Source: Blastocatellales bacterium
GTDB taxonomy: Bacteria > Acidobacteriota > Blastocatellia > RBC074
Reading direction: 5' to 3'
DNA: 64,000 nt
Assembly (NCBI GenBank): GCA_050187295.1
Contig: JBFWXQ010000009.1
Span: forward strand, 16,785-80,784
Part shown: piece after piece, positions 31,762-43,239 of the stretch
Layout of the letters: the number at the start of each line of letters is the position of its first letter
Position numbering within the stretch: position 1 is the stretch's first letter
Notes under the pieces: generated by a model
What the model was told of the DNA's origin: nothing
Database searches by the model: none
Seen by the model: the letters and a program-made list of their open reading frames with translations, nothing else
Made by a program: the position numbers and the translations under genes

Positions 31762-32703
31762 TTGCCGGAACGCGGGCTCGAAGCTTTGTTCGGCCCTTAC
31801 GATCAGAATATCAAATATCTGGAATCGCTCCTGAGTGTGCGCGTTGGCGGACGCGGCGCAGAGCTGATAGTCGAAGGTGACGAAGCCGACGTCGCCATCG
31901 TCGAACGAATCCTGAAAGATTACAGCCAGCTTTTCAACGAAGGCCGCACGCCGTCGGCCAACGAATTACGCAACGCATTCAAACTGATCGCAGATGACCG
32001 GACTTCCAGCTTGCGCGAATTGTTGATCGGACAGAAACGCATCAATCCCGGAGGCCGCAAACAGGTCACAGCCAAAGGTCCAAACCAGAAACGTTATCTG
32101 GAAGCAATCGAAGAAAACGACATAGTTTTCGGAATCGGCCCGGCGGGAACCGGCAAAACCTATTTGGCGGTGGCAATGGCAGTCCAATATCTGGTTTCCA
32201 AGCAGGTTAATCGAATCGTGCTGGCACGTCCGGCGGTTGAAGCCGGAGAAAAGCTGGGTTTTCTGCCCGGAGATTTACAGGACAAGGTTGATCCGTACCT
32301 GCGGCCATTGTATGACGCATTATTTGATTTGATGGATTACGAACGTGTGACCAAGTTTCTGGAAAAACGCGTAATCGAAGTCGCGCCGCTGGCTTTTATG
32401 AGAGGGCGCACCTTATCCGATGCCTTCATTATTCTGGACGAAGCTCAAAACACGACTTCAGAGCAGATGAAAATGTTTCTGACCCGCATTGGTTTCGGTT
32501 CAAAGGCGGTCATTACCGGTGACGTGACACAGATTGACTTGCCGTCAGGACGTAAATCCGGCCTGGTTGAAGCCCAGCGTGTTGTCAGCAACATCGACGG
32601 CATCGCCTTCATTCAATTCGATGAGCGCGACGTGGTTCGTCATCAACTGGTGCAGATGATCATCAAGGCTTACGATGAACACACGAGAAAAATCAGCCTC
32701 TGA
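31762..32703 (+). CDS. phoH: PhoH-like ATPase
   Basis: [53 protein letters not shown]. True start may be CTG at 31741. Confidence 0.95.
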   Translation: MPERGLEALFGPYDQNIKYLESLLSVRVGGRGAELIVEGDEADVAIVERILKDYSQLFNEGRTPSANELRNAFKLIADDRTSSLRELLIGQKRINPGGRKQVTAKGPNQKRYLEAIEENDIVFGIGPAGTGKTYLAVAMAVQYLVSKQVNRIVLARPAVEAGEKLGFLPGDLQDKVDPYLRPLYDALFDLMDYERVTKFLEKRVIEVAPLAFMRGRTLSDAFIILDEAQNTTSEQMKMFLTRIGFGSKAVITGDVTQIDLPSGRKSGLVEAQRVVSNIDGIAFIQFDERDVVRHQLVQMIIKAYDEHTRKISL

Positions 32704-33172
32704 CAAACCCAAAACCAACAAGGCTGAATGGCTCGTCCCGGTTGAAGTTTTAAATCGGCAGAGATTGTTTACGATTGATCGAATTGCCGCGGCCAAATTG
32801 TCCCGTGCGGCGCTTGATAGAATCGGACGCAATCACGAAACTTTGACAATTACTTTTATCCGCGACCGCGAGATGCGAAGGCTGAACCGCGATTATCGCG
32901 GGATTGATAAACCGACCGATGTGCTTTCATTCGCTTACCGCGAAACCGGCGATGATTTTGTGCCAGAAGATGAATCCGGTCATCTGGGTGACCTGGTAAT
33001 TTCAGTTGAAACCGCTGACCGTTACCGGAAAGAGCTTGGATTGACATTCGAACGCGAAATCGAATACCTGATCATTCACGGCACATTACACCTGGCCGGA
33101 TACGATCACGAAACCGACAATGGCGAGATGAATCGCCTTGAAATGAAATTGAGGAAAGAACTGCTTCGTTAA
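32675..33172 (+). CDS. ybeY: rRNA maturation endoribonuclease YbeY
   Basis: [34 protein letters not shown]. Confidence 0.95.
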   Translation: MNTREKSASDKPKTNKAEWLVPVEVLNRQRLFTIDRIAAAKLSRAALDRIGRNHETLTITFIRDREMRRLNRDYRGIDKPTDVLSFAYRETGDDFVPEDESGHLGDLVISVETADRYRKELGLTFEREIEYLIIHGTLHLAGYDHETDNGEMNRLEMKLRKELLR

Positions 33173-33250
33173 TCGTCAATCGTGTAGTTGTCTATCGCTG
33201 TTGGCAGTAATCAATGGCTGAGAACTGCACTGCTTGACCACAGACCACCT

Positions 33251-34591
33251 ATGGAATCTGAAATAGCCGTGACCGGCATCTTTATTGCGATGCTGGTCGT
33301 CACCGCCACCGCCAAAAGCGCCCTTGATGAACTGAGCGATGTCAGCCTGCGCGTGCTCGCCGGCGATACCGAGAACACGCCTCACGCCAAATTCTGGCGC
33401 TCGATTCTGGAGCATTATCATCAACTGAGTTTCACTCTTACCTTCGGCATACATGTTTCGATTGCGTCTATCGCAATTCTGATCAGTTCAATTGCCAATC
33501 GCATTTACCCGGAGCATTTTCTGATTACCGCCTTCGGCGGGATGATTCTGACGGTCATCATCTTTCGTCAGATAGTGCCATTCGTCATTACACAGAACGA
33601 TCCCCAACGTACATTGCTTCGATTGCGCCTGCCGCTGAGTCTGCTCTGGCCTTTGCTGGGGGCAATTGCTCATCCGCTCTATCGTGGATTGCGCGCTCTG
33701 CAACGCGATCCGGAACCACTGGATCAGACTCAAAACGACGCTGCTGATTTTCACAATGGCGACGACGAACAGCTTCAAGCCTTTCTGGACGTTGGAGAAG
33801 AAGAAGGCATCATTGAAGAAAAAGAAGGCGAGATGATTCAAACCATCATCCGTTTCAGCGACCGAACCGTCGCAGAAGTGATGACTCCGCGTCCGAAAAT
33901 TGTCGCGGTCAGAGCTGACGCAACCATTGAAGAAATTCGCAACCTGATGATGGAATCGAAATATTCCAGACTGCCGGTTTACCGCGAGCAGATTGACAAT
34001 ATCGAAGGCGTTCTGTACGTCCGCGACCTGCTCAAATTCTGGGCCAAAGGTGAAACAAGCAGAAAAGCGATTGAAATTGCCCGCCGCCATCCTTACGAAG
34101 TTCCCGAATCGAAACCGATTGATGAGCTGCTGCGCGAGATGCAGAAAGCCAAAGTTCAGATGGCAATCGTCATTGATGAATATGGCGGATTGGCGGGACT
34201 TGTCACGCTGGAAGACCTGATAGAAGAAATCGTCGGTGAAATTGAAGACGAAGACGAGCCTGATCCGCTGGCTACCGAGGTCGAAATACACAAGGAATCA
34301 GAGGACGTTTGCCTAGTGCGCGGCGATGTCGAAATCGGCAAAATCGAACGGGAATTTGATGCCGAACTGGCCGATGACGATTTCACTACGGTCGCGGGAC
34401 TGGTTATAAATCAGTTGGGGCATCTTCCGGGAGTCGGCGAAAGCATAGATTTTGGAGGCCTGCGGTTTGAAGTCCTCGAAGCAAACGAACGGCAGGTTTC
34501 TCGATTAAGAATCCAAAAACTTCCACAGGAAGACGAAGTTCAGGCCAAACAGTTGGAGGCAGTCACCAAACCTGCGGGCAACAGCCACTGA
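33251..34591 (+). CDS. HlyC/CorC family (DUF21-CBS-CorC) transporter-associated protein
   Basis: N-terminal TMs; EVMTPR, YSRLPVY, VIDEYGGLAGLVTLEDLIEEIVGEI, FTTVAGLV. Confidence 0.9.
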   Translation: MESEIAVTGIFIAMLVVTATAKSALDELSDVSLRVLAGDTENTPHAKFWRSILEHYHQLSFTLTFGIHVSIASIAILISSIANRIYPEHFLITAFGGMILTVIIFRQIVPFVITQNDPQRTLLRLRLPLSLLWPLLGAIAHPLYRGLRALQRDPEPLDQTQNDAADFHNGDDEQLQAFLDVGEEEGIIEEKEGEMIQTIIRFSDRTVAEVMTPRPKIVAVRADATIEEIRNLMMESKYSRLPVYREQIDNIEGVLYVRDLLKFWAKGETSRKAIEIARRHPYEVPESKPIDELLREMQKAKVQMAIVIDEYGGLAGLVTLEDLIEEIVGEIEDEDEPDPLATEVEIHKESEDVCLVRGDVEIGKIEREFDAELADDDFTTVAGLVINQLGHLPGVGESIDFGGLRFEVLEANERQVSRLRIQKLPQEDEVQAKQLEAVTKPAGNSH

Positions 34592-34648
34592 AAACCGGAA
34601 GCCTTGCATTACAATGATCCGGCAAAATCATCGCGGAGGTCAGGCCCT

Positions 34649-34876
34649 ATGCAAATCACTGTTCCATCTCACGTTGGCGAAGATGGAATTCTGCGGTTAC
34701 AGATTCCAGTGGGAATCAGAGATGCCGATTTGGAAGTTACCATCAATTTTCGTGCGCCAAGCTCAAACGGCGGCTGGCCATCCGGTTACCTGGAAAAAGT
34801 TATTGGAAGTTGGCAAGGTGAGTTCCCCGTCATTGGAGATGAGGGCAAATTCGAAGCGCGGGAAGAATTGCCATGA
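34649..34876 (+). CDS. Putative antitoxin (VapB-like)
   Basis: 75 aa; GGAGGT RBS; HVGEDGILRLQIP...WPSGYLEKVIGSW; ATGA overlap with the PIN gene. Confidence 0.7.
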   Translation: MQITVPSHVGEDGILRLQIPVGIRDADLEVTINFRAPSSNGGWPSGYLEKVIGSWQGEFPVIGDEGKFEAREELP

Positions 34877-35283
34877 CTTACTTACTCGATACTAATGTCT
34901 GCATTCGTATTCTGACAAACAGCCATCATCTAGTTACCCTGGTTACCCAAAAGTTTTCGTCGCTCGGTGCTGCCAGGATTGCTATTTGTTCAGTTGTGAA
35001 AGCTGAATTGTATTACGGAGCACGTAAGAGTCCGCGACAGGGCGCAAACCATTTGGCAATCAATAAGTTCTGCAATCCGCTGCTCAGCCTTCCATTCGAC
35101 GATTCAGCGGCTCACTGCTACGGCCAGATACGCGCCCAACTTGAATCCGTCGGCTCACCAATCGGACCAAATGACTTGTTCATTGCATCAATTACCATTT
35201 TCAATGGTTTGATCCTGGCTAAGAACGACACGCGCGAATTCAGCCGAGTCGCCGGTTTACAAATTGAAGATGGGGAGATTTAA
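34873..35283 (+). CDS. vapC: VapC-family PIN-domain toxin
   Basis: YLLDTNVCI, VVKAELYYGA, LPFDDSAA, GSPIGPNDLFIA, REFSRVAGL. Confidence 0.88.
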   Translation: MTYLLDTNVCIRILTNSHHLVTLVTQKFSSLGAARIAICSVVKAELYYGARKSPRQGANHLAINKFCNPLLSLPFDDSAAHCYGQIRAQLESVGSPIGPNDLFIASITIFNGLILAKNDTREFSRVAGLQIEDGEI

Positions 35284-35285
35284 GT

Positions 35286-36185
35286 TTGACTGAAAATCGC
35301 AAATCAGGTCTGGTCGCTCTGGTCGGTCGCCCCAATGCTGGCAAATCAACTTTGCTAAACGCGCTGGTCGGCGAACACATTGCCGCCGTGTCGGCCAAAC
35401 CGCAAACCACGCGGACTCGCATTCAGGGCATCATCACACGTCCCGAAGGTCAGATCGTTTTCGTTGACACTCCCGGCATACACAAACCGGGTTACGCTCT
35501 GAACCGGCGAATGATGCAATATGTCGCCGATGCTCTGATGCAGGTTGACATAGTTGTCTTGATGCGAGACGTCACCACCAGCTTCGGTTCCGGCGATAAA
35601 TTCGCGATTGATCTGATCAAACAGGCGGGCAAAAAAACCTTTCTGCTGCTCAACAAGATTGACAAGCTGAAGGATAAATCCTTGCTGCTGCCGCTGATTG
35701 CGCAATATAGTCAGGAATACGATTTTGCTGAAGTCATACCGCTTTCGGCATTGAAGGGCGACAATCACGAATTGTTTGTCAGCAAACTGCTTGAGCATCT
35801 GCCCGAAGGCGAACCGCTTTACCAGGACCCGGACGTTTTCACGGATCAGATCGAAAGAAATATTGTCGCCGAACTGGTTCGCGAAAAGATTCTGGAACGA
35901 ACACAGCAGGAACTTCCATACACGACCGCCGTGAGAACCGAAATGTGGAATGAAACCGGCGACACGACGGAAATTCATTGCGTGATTTATGTTGAACGCG
36001 ATTCGCAAAAACCGATCATCATCGGCCGCGGCGGCCAGATGCTGAAAGAAATTGGCACTCAGGCTCGTCTGGACATTGAAAAACTTCTGGGCCGTCACGT
36101 TCGGCTGAACCTGTTTGTCCGTGTCCAAGGCGATTGGCGCAACGATCCGCGCACACTGGATGAACTCGGCATCAATGAAAGCTGA
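35286..36185 (+). CDS. era: GTPase Era
   Basis: [28 protein letters not shown]-like LSAL, KH domain IIIGRGG; TTG start. Confidence 0.97.
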   Translation: MTENRKSGLVALVGRPNAGKSTLLNALVGEHIAAVSAKPQTTRTRIQGIITRPEGQIVFVDTPGIHKPGYALNRRMMQYVADALMQVDIVVLMRDVTTSFGSGDKFAIDLIKQAGKKTFLLLNKIDKLKDKSLLLPLIAQYSQEYDFAEVIPLSALKGDNHELFVSKLLEHLPEGEPLYQDPDVFTDQIERNIVAELVREKILERTQQELPYTTAVRTEMWNETGDTTEIHCVIYVERDSQKPIIIGRGGQMLKEIGTQARLDIEKLLGRHVRLNLFVRVQGDWRNDPRTLDELGINES

Positions 36186-36415
36186 AAATGAGTCTGACAC
36201 GCTGCCAGCTTGTCAGACCTGTTCTCATCGTTTAACAGCCTCGCGCTGGACAAACCCATTTGATTAAATTTTTTGCGGGTTAAATGTGGGGGGCGTGTTG
36301 TTTACTCGCGATTCGTGACTGGGGGGCGGGGGCGTTTAACCAACTCGCGCCACATCTCATTACTTCTGCTTGGGAGCTTATCAAACTCACAGGACAACCG
36401 CAGAGACCTTGAATT

Positions 36416-36536
36416 AACGCAAAGACGCCAAGTGGCAAAGTCGCAAAACAACTTTGCCTTTTACATCTTCTGGCAACTCAAATCGTTTTTTCACTAAAAC
36501 CAACCTTGTGCCTCTCAGTCGTTGCGCCTTTGCGTT
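36416..36536. repeat. Degenerate CGCAAAG...CTTTGCG-type palindromic intergenic repeat
   Basis: AACGCAAAGaCGC...GCGcCTTTGCGTT inverted arms. Confidence 0.45.
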
Positions 36537-36578
36537 GCAATTTTTTGTTTTTGCGGAGGTCCTGATTTCATCAACTCC

Positions 36579-37457
36579 ATGACCAACAAAATCTGGCACG
36601 CCGTCGAAGTCGAAATTGCGCGAGTGGCCGAAACCGCCGCGACCACTCAACTTTGGACGATGAACACAACCGGCGTAGAAGTTTCCGAAGACGCTTCGGA
36701 CTTCGTCACGCTTCGCGCTTATTTCGACGCCGCACCCGACATCGAAAAACTGAGAGAACAAATCCTCAGTCATCTGAAGCTGATTGATCTGCCGGATTTC
36801 GCCCTGCGCCGAATCGAATCAATGACCATCGCCGATCAGGACTGGTTGTCCGAATGGAAAAAGGGCTGGGAGCCGATGCCAATCGGACAACGCCTGATGA
36901 TCTGTCCTTCGTGGAAACTTGATCAGGTTGCCGAAACCGACCGCATCATCATTCAGATTGATCCGGGAATGGCTTTCGGAACCGGCACTCACGAAACCAC
37001 GCGAGGCTGTCTGGAAATGCTGGAAAAACATTGGCAAGGCGGCTCGCTGCTTGATGTCGGAACCGGCACTGGGATTCTGGCCATTGCGGCAATCAAGCTG
37101 CATCCTGACGCCAGAGTGACAGCCTTCGACATTGACCCCGAAGCCATCGAAGTCGCCCGCGAGAACGCCGCAATCAATCGGGTCGCAGACGACATCGAAA
37201 TCGAAGTCAACAAGCTCAGCAGTTACGCCGGTCAGGAATTCGACCTTGTCGTAGCCAATCTGACCGCCGACGTGATCATTCCGCTCGCCGCCGACTTCCC
37301 CGCCGCCATGAAACCGCAAGGCGTCTTGATCGTTTCCGGCATCCTGCGCGAACAAGGTGAAGACGTAAGATCCGCACTTACGGCTCAAGGCTTCAATTTG
37401 ATCGAAGAAAAACCCGACGGCGAATGGGTGACGATGGCTTTTATCCGACAGGCTTGA
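36579..37457 (+). CDS. prmA: Ribosomal protein L11 methyltransferase
   Basis: DWLSEWK, DPGMAFGTGTHETT, LDVGTGTGILAIAA, VVANL, SGIL. Confidence 0.95.
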   Translation: MTNKIWHAVEVEIARVAETAATTQLWTMNTTGVEVSEDASDFVTLRAYFDAAPDIEKLREQILSHLKLIDLPDFALRRIESMTIADQDWLSEWKKGWEPMPIGQRLMICPSWKLDQVAETDRIIIQIDPGMAFGTGTHETTRGCLEMLEKHWQGGSLLDVGTGTGILAIAAIKLHPDARVTAFDIDPEAIEVARENAAINRVADDIEIEVNKLSSYAGQEFDLVVANLTADVIIPLAADFPAAMKPQGVLIVSGILREQGEDVRSALTAQGFNLIEEKPDGEWVTMAFIRQA

Positions 37458-37592
37458 GCCTTACCCTCTCCAATCTGCTTATTGAGCGACTTTCACAGAA
37501 GGTCAAAATCTGTTCCCCCCAAAGACGAAGCCCCGAACGATCAGTGATGATCGTTCGGGGCTTTTTCGGTTTTCTTATGGGTGTTGCCCGGC

Positions 37593-37958
37593 TTACTCTT
37601 CCTCGTCGAGCAGACCTTTTTCGGCCAGTTCCTGGCAGGATATGCAGTAACGAACCCACGGCAGAGCTTCAAGGCGTTTGGGAAGGATTTCCTTGCCGCA
37701 GTTGGTGCAGACTCCGTATTCTTCGTCTTCAATGCGCTCGAGAGCTTCTTCGATCTGCGTCAGAATCAGCCGGTCATTGGTTGACTGGCTGAAGAGCAAT
37801 TCTTTGGTGTACGAATTCGAAGCCTTGTCGGCAGGGTCCTGCGTGGCTTCTGTGTCGGCTTCGCGACCATAATCTTCGGTGCGTCCGACCACTCCGAGCA
37901 GCGCGTTGCGCTCGGCAATCAGGCGGTCTTGATAAGTTTTCAGTTTCTTCTTGTCCAT
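37593..37958 (-). CDS. TraR/DksA family C4 zinc-finger regulator
   Basis: DPADKAS tip motif; [11 protein letters not shown]...[16 protein letters not shown]. Confidence 0.9.
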   Translation of the reverse strand: MDKKKLKTYQDRLIAERNALLGVVGRTEDYGREADTEATQDPADKASNSYTKELLFSQSTNDRLILTQIEEALERIEDEEYGVCTNCGKEILPKRLEALPWVRYCISCQELAEKGLLDEEE

Positions 37959-38056
37959 CCACTCTTCTCCTAAAAAAACAGAAACGGTGGTTTTATTGCC
38001 GGGCCACTCTTATCCGAAAAAACGGAAATGGTGGTTTTGAAGTCGGGGATTAGACT

Positions 38057-38521
38057 TCAGAATTTGTGATAAGGCAAGCCCCCCAGCAAAGTAAATGCAC
38101 GATAAATTTGCTCGGTTAAAACCGCTCTTGCCAGCTCGTGCGGAAAAGTCATTTGCGACAATGATAATTGCAAGTTTGCCCGCCGTCTGACTTCATCACT
38201 GACTCCGGCAAATCCACCTACGACAAATGCCAGACGCTTCGTGGCGGCCTGTTGTCTGGCGGCAACGAATTCCGCCAGTTCCGGCGAGGTCATTTCGCGA
38301 CCACGTTCATCCAATAGAACTATGAAATCATCTTTTTCAAGCGCATCCAGCAATTTGACGCTTTCGGCGGCAATGACGCGTTTTTCGTCTCCGCTGCCCT
38401 GCTCTTTCAACTCGCTGACTTCGCAAGAGGCGAAGCGTTTGATTCGATCAAGGTAATCGGCGATCAGCGCGGCGCAATGCCGGTCTTTGGTTTTGCCGAT
38501 CCAGACAAAATGCAGCTTCAA
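38057..38521 (-). CDS. rlmH: 23S rRNA pseudouridine-1915 methyltransferase
   Basis: [36 protein letters not shown]. Confidence 0.95.
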   Translation of the reverse strand: MKLHFVWIGKTKDRHCAALIADYLDRIKRFASCEVSELKEQGSGDEKRVIAAESVKLLDALEKDDFIVLLDERGREMTSPELAEFVAARQQAATKRLAFVVGGFAGVSDEVRRRANLQLSLSQMTFPHELARAVLTEQIYRAFTLLGGLPYHKF

Positions 38522-38958
38522 ATCTCAACCCGCTCAGCGTCGCGCCATAATCGTTCCAGGTCATAAAACTGGCGCGATTGTTCGGTGAAGACGTGAACCA
38601 CGAAAATTCCGTAATCAATCAGAATCCATTCGCCGTTGTTGTAACCTTCAGTGTGCAATGGGCGAACTTTCAGCTTTTTCAACTGATCGGTGATTTCGTC
38701 GGCGATGGATTGAGTCTGACGGGTTGAGCTGCCCGAGCAAATGACGAAATAGTCAGTGAACTCGGTGATGGCCGATAATTTCAATACCAAAATGTCTTGA
38801 GCTTTTTTGCTATCGGCGTAAAACGCTGCCAGCTTCACCTGCTCAAAAATAGCCTGATCCTCCGCCGTCATCGCTTCGGGAGCTTTGGCCTCCAGATCTT
38901 TGGCTGAATCTGCGGGCTGCTGCTGTTCAATTTTTTCTTCTGTTACGACTGTGGTCAT
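38518..38958 (-). CDS. rsfS: Ribosome silencing factor
   Basis: [33 protein letters not shown]. Confidence 0.95.
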   Translation of the reverse strand: MTTVVTEEKIEQQQPADSAKDLEAKAPEAMTAEDQAIFEQVKLAAFYADSKKAQDILVLKLSAITEFTDYFVICSGSSTRQTQSIADEITDQLKKLKVRPLHTEGYNNGEWILIDYGIFVVHVFTEQSRQFYDLERLWRDAERVEI

Positions 38959-39635
38959 TAGGCCTTTCTGTAAAGTTGATATTTTTTGATGTAGGTCGCG
39001 ACCGGCGGAGGAACCATATCGTCTATCGTTCGGCCTTCTTCAACCGCATCACGAATGCCCGTCGCGGATACATCCACTGACACAAAATCTGTCAGGTAAA
39101 TATGCGGCTCGTCCAATTGCTCATCCGTTGGAAGTCGCCCGCCGCGCAAATCAACACATCGCGATTGCAGTTTCGGCGCAAGGTGCGCAGCAATGTTTCC
39201 GCTGGCGCCATATCCTGGACGCGTGGCAACGATGATGTCGTATTCGGTCAAAAGCCTTTCGTGTTCCCGCCACATTCCCACGTCACGAAACGAATCTTCC
39301 CCCATCACAAAGAACAATCTGGCATCGGGAAATTCAAGCTGTAATCTGCCAAGCGTCTCAATTGTGTATGGCCGCTGCGGAGATTCCAGTTCGATGGTCG
39401 AAACGAGCATCAATGGTTGATTGGCAGTCGCCAGCGTCAGCAAAGCCAGACGGTTGAACGGTGACGAAATCTGCCAGCCACGTTTATGCGGCGGAACAAA
39501 GGCAGGAACGAAAAGTAATCGATCCAATGCAAAAGCTTTCAGAATGGCCTCGGCCACTTGCAGATGGCCATTGTGAATCGGATCGAAAGTGCCGCCGTAA
39601 ACTGCTATACGCTGCCGCAATCGCTTCACATTCAA
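38958..39635 (-). CDS. nadD: Nicotinate-nucleotide adenylyltransferase
   Basis: [32 protein letters not shown]. Confidence 0.95.
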   Translation of the reverse strand: MNVKRLRQRIAVYGGTFDPIHNGHLQVAEAILKAFALDRLLFVPAFVPPHKRGWQISSPFNRLALLTLATANQPLMLVSTIELESPQRPYTIETLGRLQLEFPDARLFFVMGEDSFRDVGMWREHERLLTEYDIIVATRPGYGASGNIAAHLAPKLQSRCVDLRGGRLPTDEQLDEPHIYLTDFVSVDVSATGIRDAVEEGRTIDDMVPPPVATYIKKYQLYRKA

Positions 39636-40678
39636 CCTTGACTGGCTGACAATGCGGATTGAGCCGCTTCTTCTTCAGCCTGTTTGAATTCATCCAACCG
39701 CCGCTCAACTGCTCTCAACAGTTCCTTTAAACCTTTGCCGGAGGCCGCCGAAATTGAATGGAATTCCAGACCCTGATCGCGGCAGAATCGTTCGAACTCC
39801 TTCAATCTGCCTTCATCGTCCAAGGCGTCCAGTTTCGTCGCCACAACAATTTTCGGTTTGGCCGCAACCTGACGGCTATAGGCTTCAAGCTCACGCGTGA
39901 CCGTTTGATACTCGCTGATCGGATCCTCCGCCATTCCTGAAACATCAACCAGATGAAGCAGCAACTTTGTGCGCTCGACATGACGCAGGAAACGGTCGCC
40001 AAGACCGGCTCCGGTGTGCGCGCCCTCGATCAATCCTGGGATGTCAGCAACAACGAAGGTTTTGAAATCGCCCAAATCAACGACGCCAAGGTTGGGTTCA
40101 AGTGTCGTGAACGGATAATCAGCGATCTTTGGACGTGCGGCTGAAATGCGTGAAATCAGAGTGGATTTTCCGGCATTCGGCAACCCAACCAGGCCGACAT
40201 CGGCAATAAGCTTCAGTTCCAGAACCAGCCATCGCTCTTCACCCGGCTTGCCGTCTTCCTGGTAACGAGGGGCACGATTTGTGGGAGTTGCGAACTGTGC
40301 ATTCCCTCGCCCACCTCGTCCCCCTGAAGCCACCAAAACACGCTCACCCGGCTCGGTAAAATCATGAACGACTTCACCAGTCAGCTCATCTGTGATCAGA
40401 GTGCCGACTGGAACCTTGATGACGATGTCCTTGCCGTCGGCGCCGTACCGCTTGCTTCCTTCTCCGTGCCGTCCCCTGCCAGCAGTGTGTTCGGGGTTGT
40501 AACGAAAATGGAGCAGCGTATTCATTCCTTCGGTTGATTCAATGAATACTGAACCACCGCGACCACCATCACCGCCAGAAGGCCCACCACGAGGAACAAA
40601 TTTTTCGCGCCGAAAAGCCGTGACGCCGTTACCGCCGTCTCCGCCTCGCACGTGAATTCTCGCGCGGTCAATGAACAT
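39632..40678 (-). CDS. obgE: GTPase ObgE
   Basis: [49 protein letters not shown]. Confidence 0.97.
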   Translation of the reverse strand: MFIDRARIHVRGGDGGNGVTAFRREKFVPRGGPSGGDGGRGGSVFIESTEGMNTLLHFRYNPEHTAGRGRHGEGSKRYGADGKDIVIKVPVGTLITDELTGEVVHDFTEPGERVLVASGGRGGRGNAQFATPTNRAPRYQEDGKPGEERWLVLELKLIADVGLVGLPNAGKSTLISRISAARPKIADYPFTTLEPNLGVVDLGDFKTFVVADIPGLIEGAHTGAGLGDRFLRHVERTKLLLHLVDVSGMAEDPISEYQTVTRELEAYSRQVAAKPKIVVATKLDALDDEGRLKEFERFCRDQGLEFHSISAASGKGLKELLRAVERRLDEFKQAEEEAAQSALSASQG

Positions 40679-40755
40679 CTTTTTAGGTTGTTAATTCCCT
40701 GCTTCCTGATTCCTGCCGCGAACAGCAATGAATTTCAGGAAGCAGAATCTGACGG

Positions 40756-41013
40756 CTATTCTGCCGGATAAACGCTGACGAAACGGCCTTTACGCCCCTT
40801 GTCCTCAAACTTGACGATTCCCGAAACGCAGGCGTACAGCGTGTCGTCGCTGCCAATGCCAACGTTGGTTCCGGGCTTGAATTTGGTTCCACGCTGTCGA
40901 ACCAGAATAGAGCCACCGGGAACCAGTTGACCGCCGAAACGTTTGACGCCCAGACGCTGAGCGTTCGAATCGCGACCATTGCGTGAGCTGCCTACACCTT
41001 TTTTATGTGCCAT
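40756..41013 (-). CDS. rpmA: 50S ribosomal protein L27
   Basis: [16 protein letters not shown]...RQRGT. Confidence 0.98.
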   Translation of the reverse strand: MAHKKGVGSSRNGRDSNAQRLGVKRFGGQLVPGGSILVRQRGTKFKPGTNVGIGSDDTLYACVSGIVKFEDKGRKGRFVSVYPAE

Positions 41014-41052
41014 TTTTCAAAACTCCATTTAGCTGAGCTTTCAGCTTCTGTT

Positions 41053-41364
41053 TTATGATACCGATTCAATTTTGACTTCGGTAAATCCCTGGCGATGTCC
41101 TTTGGTCTTCTTGAACCCTTTACGGCGTTTGAATTTGAAGACAATGATTTTCGGACTGCGTCCATGTTTGACGATTGTGCCGGCAACGCTTGCGCCTTCC
41201 ACTGTGGGATTGCCTATACGCACGCCATTATCGTCGCCTGCAGTCAGCACTTCAAATTCGACCGAATCCCCAGCATTCTTGTCGGCAATTGACGGGACTC
41301 GCACGACATCGCCCGGACTCACACGGAACTGTTTTCCGCCTGTGCGGATGATTGCATATGCCAC
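41053..41364 (-). CDS. rplU: 50S ribosomal protein L21
   Basis: GTG start after GGAGGAG; [13 protein letters not shown]...[11 protein letters not shown]...GHRQ. Confidence 0.96.
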   Translation of the reverse strand: MAYAIIRTGGKQFRVSPGDVVRVPSIADKNAGDSVEFEVLTAGDDNGVRIGNPTVEGASVAGTIVKHGRSPKIIVFKFKRRKGFKKTKGHRQGFTEVKIESVS

Positions 41365-41406
41365 TGTAATAACTCCTCCGATTTTTCGTCTGGTAGAAAG
41401 CCGCAG

Positions 41407-41435
41407 ATTATAGAAGCCGATCTGAAAAAGTTCAA
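41407..41435 (-). promoter_or_regulatory. Sigma70 promoter of rplU operon
   Basis: TTGAAC-N17-TATAAT on the minus strand. Confidence 0.75.
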
Positions 41436-41612
41436 CCGCAACAACCTTTTCACAACAAACCAGAGAAAAGATATTCAAACTGAAGATTTTTTGCGACACC
41501 GGAATATTTTATTGTCAAAGGGCGATACACAGGTTGAAAAGTTACGTTTGCTGGCGGTAATTGCAATTTGATTGCTTAGCACAAAACTTATATATCAAAG
41601 AAGATCAATGGT

Positions 41613-42158
41613 TTGATCCGAGACGGCGCGCAAAACACACGAATGATGATGGAAGCTTTCGAGACGGAAGCGCTTGGTTTTACAAACCAGCTTTACCGCG
41701 TCGCGGTACGGCTTTGCCGTGATCAGGCCAAAGCTGAAGATTTGGTTCAGGAAACCTATCTGCAGGCTTGGCGGTCATTTCATAGATTTGAATTAGGCAC
41801 AAATCTTCGAGCCTGGCTCTATAAAATCATGTTCAATGTTTATTACAGCGGGCAGCGAAAGGAAAAACTGAAATTTCTCTCGGTCGAAGAGACGATTGCT
41901 GAAACGATTGCCTATGATCCGCCAACGCCGCAAAAGCTGAAGGATGAAGAAGTATTAGGCGCTCTGGAAAGAATTCCGCGAGATTTTCAGATTCCAATCG
42001 TGCTGGCTGATGTTGAGGAACTCTCTTATCGCGAAATCGCCGACGCTATGGAAATCCCAATTGGAACGGTCATGTCCAGATTACACAGGGGACGCAAGAT
42101 GCTGCGAACAGAGTTGGTGAATTATGCGCGAGAGGCCGGTTATAAAGTTTCTAGTTAA
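41613..42158 (+). CDS. ECF sigma factor (SigR/SigH-like)
   Basis: [42 protein letters not shown]. Start may be ATG 41643 or later. Confidence 0.92.
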   Translation: MIRDGAQNTRMMMEAFETEALGFTNQLYRVAVRLCRDQAKAEDLVQETYLQAWRSFHRFELGTNLRAWLYKIMFNVYYSGQRKEKLKFLSVEETIAETIAYDPPTPQKLKDEEVLGALERIPRDFQIPIVLADVEELSYREIADAMEIPIGTVMSRLHRGRKMLRTELVNYAREAGYKVSS

Positions 42159-42261
42159 CGGAGAAGACGAGGGAGAAGTCTTTTTTCAGATTTGAACCAA
42201 AGAATGAGGAGCAGTGAGGAAAACTCATTGAGTTTGAATCTCACAAAAGTCGGGTAGTTAT

Positions 42262-43239
42262 ATGGATTGCCGTAATTTCAAAGACCTGCTTGATTCGTAT
42301 CTATGTGAAGAACTGGCGGTCGAAACAAATCACAGAATGCTCAGTCACGCAGAGCATTGCCCGCCTTGCCGGTCTGAAATGGCTTCAAGGCGCAACCTGC
42401 GCGAATCCTTGCGGCGAGCTTGTTCAAAAGATCGGATGAGCGAAGCAGCTTGCGAACGTCTGCGCTTGCGGCTGCAATCAGAGGCGGCAAGCGACTCTTT
42501 CCAGAATGCAGTTGGATCATCTGGCTGGCGCAAACGTCTGGCCAATTTTTTCAACTTTCGTTTTTTGATCCCAGCCACCGCCCTTGCCCTGCTTGTTTTC
42601 GGAGCGGTCGGATTTTTGATTTATCTCAAAAATCAGGGAACACAAGTTAATGTGGCTGGTTTGACGAATCCAGCATCTGATTTCCCACAGCTCAGTGACG
42701 CTCTGATGATCCAGGCCGCAGATGACCATCGCAAATGCTCACCGCATTTCATTCCTTCAGTTGGGCCAATGGAAATGCCTGAATCTGTGAAAGAAGTAGA
42801 TAAGGCTTATTTTGGTTTAGAAAAAATAGCCGCCCTGGGCGCTAAAGACCTGCAATTGCACTCAGCGCATCTGTGCCGTTCCGGTGGAAGGCGCTTTGCG
42901 CATCTGGTGTACACACGCGACAAAACTACGATCTCGCTTTTGGTCACTGGGCGGGATGAGCTTGCGCTGGAGGCCGAAGCCAACTCTCGGATTGATGCTG
43001 ATCACGCGGAAATGCAGGAGGCCATTAAAAAAGAGTTCTCTCTTGGGGCCTATCAATCGGCCAGGCACGTGGTGGTGGTGGTATCAGATTTACCAAAAAC
43101 CGAGAATGAAAAACTGGCTCGGACGCTGGCGTTACCGGTAGTGGAATATTTACGCCGTTTTGACAATCAATCCGCATTTTATTTGCCTGAAAACCACATA
43201 CAGGATTTGTTCGCAAGCAAAAGAGGAGGGAGATTTTAA
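42262..43239 (+). CDS. Zinc-binding (zf-HC2) membrane anti-sigma factor
   Basis: MDC...HAEHCPPC motif, TM helix and extracytoplasmic domain; directly downstream of the ECF gene. Confidence 0.85.
   Translation: MDCRNFKDLLDSYLCEELAVETNHRMLSHAEHCPPCRSEMASRRNLRESLRRACSKDRMSEAACERLRLRLQSEAASDSFQNAVGSSGWRKRLANFFNFRFLIPATALALLVFGAVGFLIYLKNQGTQVNVAGLTNPASDFPQLSDALMIQAADDHRKCSPHFIPSVGPMEMPESVKEVDKAYFGLEKIAALGAKDLQLHSAHLCRSGGRRFAHLVYTRDKTTISLLVTGRDELALEAEANSRIDADHAEMQEAIKKEFSLGAYQSARHVVVVVSDLPKTENEKLARTLALPVVEYLRRFDNQSAFYLPENHIQDLFASKRGGRF

Noticed and set aside
36192-36218. GTCTGACA...TGTCAGAC hairpin after era
   Set aside because: Single short copy without a U-tract; cannot tell a REP remnant from an mRNA stem.
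40693-40746. CTGCTTCCTGA...TCAGGAAGCAG inverted repeat between rpmA and obgE
   Set aside because: Probably an ordinary attenuating or stabilising stem; nothing further supports it.
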